Shown in pieces: positions 31,830 through 32,000 of a stretch of DNA of 32,000 nucleotides; position 1 is the first letter of the stretch, and each line of letters starts with the position of its first letter. The position numbers and the translations under genes are program-made. The DNA lies in NCBI RefSeq assembly GCF_000012805.1, contig NC_007484.1, positions 1,650,001 through 1,682,000 on the forward strand. Direction: 5' to 3'. The notes below the pieces were generated by a model. The model was not told where the DNA came from. It did no database searches and worked only from the letters and a program-made list of their open reading frames with translations. This DNA comes from Nitrosococcus oceani ATCC 19707. Its GTDB lineage: Bacteria; Pseudomonadota; Gammaproteobacteria; Nitrosococcales; Nitrosococcaceae.

Positions 31830-32000
31830 AGGAAAAATATTGGTTACCGGCGGGCGCGGGTTTATCGGCGTCAATTTAATTCAGCCGCTTTTGCAGAGTC
31901 GTGATGTGCGAGTCCTGGATAATCTGCAGCGTGCCTCTCCTACAGGATGGCAAAATCAAGCAGCGGATTTTTTTCAGGGAGATGTTCTCGAGCCAGGCTC
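31819..32000 (+). CDS. NAD-dependent epimerase/dehydratase (5' part; runs off the right edge)
   Basis: MGNKGKILVTGGRGFIGVNLIQPLL... with a Rossmann GxxGxxG. The ATG overlaps the end of the preceding ORF. Not in the ORF track because there is no stop in the window. Confidence 0.75.
   Translation, partial: MGNKGKILVTGGRGFIGVNLIQPLLQSRDVRVLDNLQRASPTGWQNQAADFFQGDVLEPG

Overview
The window looks like a Gram-negative (gammaproteobacterium-like) chromosome; the taxon cannot be fixed from the sequence alone.

**Left third (1-7.6 kb), housekeeping genes:**
- class-I DAHP synthase
- NhaD-type Na+/H+ antiporter
- M61 peptidase with a PDZ domain
- an ANTAR response regulator with a GAF/PAS histidine kinase (PdtaR/PdtaS-like)

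**Remainder, a Wzx/Wzy-type exopolysaccharide (EPS) locus:**
- Before the break: PHP Tyr-phosphatase, Wzc-like BY-kinase, a membrane J-domain protein and a TPR protein.
- After the break: WbaP-like priming transferase, UDP-sulfoquinovose synthase, methyltransferase, sulfotransferases, flippase, polymerase and an epimerase.

**An accessory/mobile patch splits the EPS locus at about 14.3-22.3 kb. It holds:**
- a complete IS200/IS605 element (tnpA + tnpB)
- a FecR-like secreted protein and an O-antigen-ligase-like protein
- an Rpn-family (YhgA-like) nuclease gene carrying an in-frame 12-bp repeat expansion
- two arrays of about 47-bp hairpin repeats
- a hicB-hicA module hit twice: a tnpB-only (IS1341-type) element sits in the first codons of hicB, and hicA is frameshifted
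- a near-identical duplicated 3' fragment of the rpn gene

**Most notable observation.** The tnpB-only element has three tnpB-less miniature derivatives in the first 8 kb.
- Each consists of the left end fused to the omega-RNA/right-end region.
- Each sits at a gene 3' end, and two of them supply the last codons and stop of a host gene.
- The family shows a conserved long-range left-end/right-end complementarity with compensatory base changes.

No rRNA, tRNA or CRISPR array was recognised.
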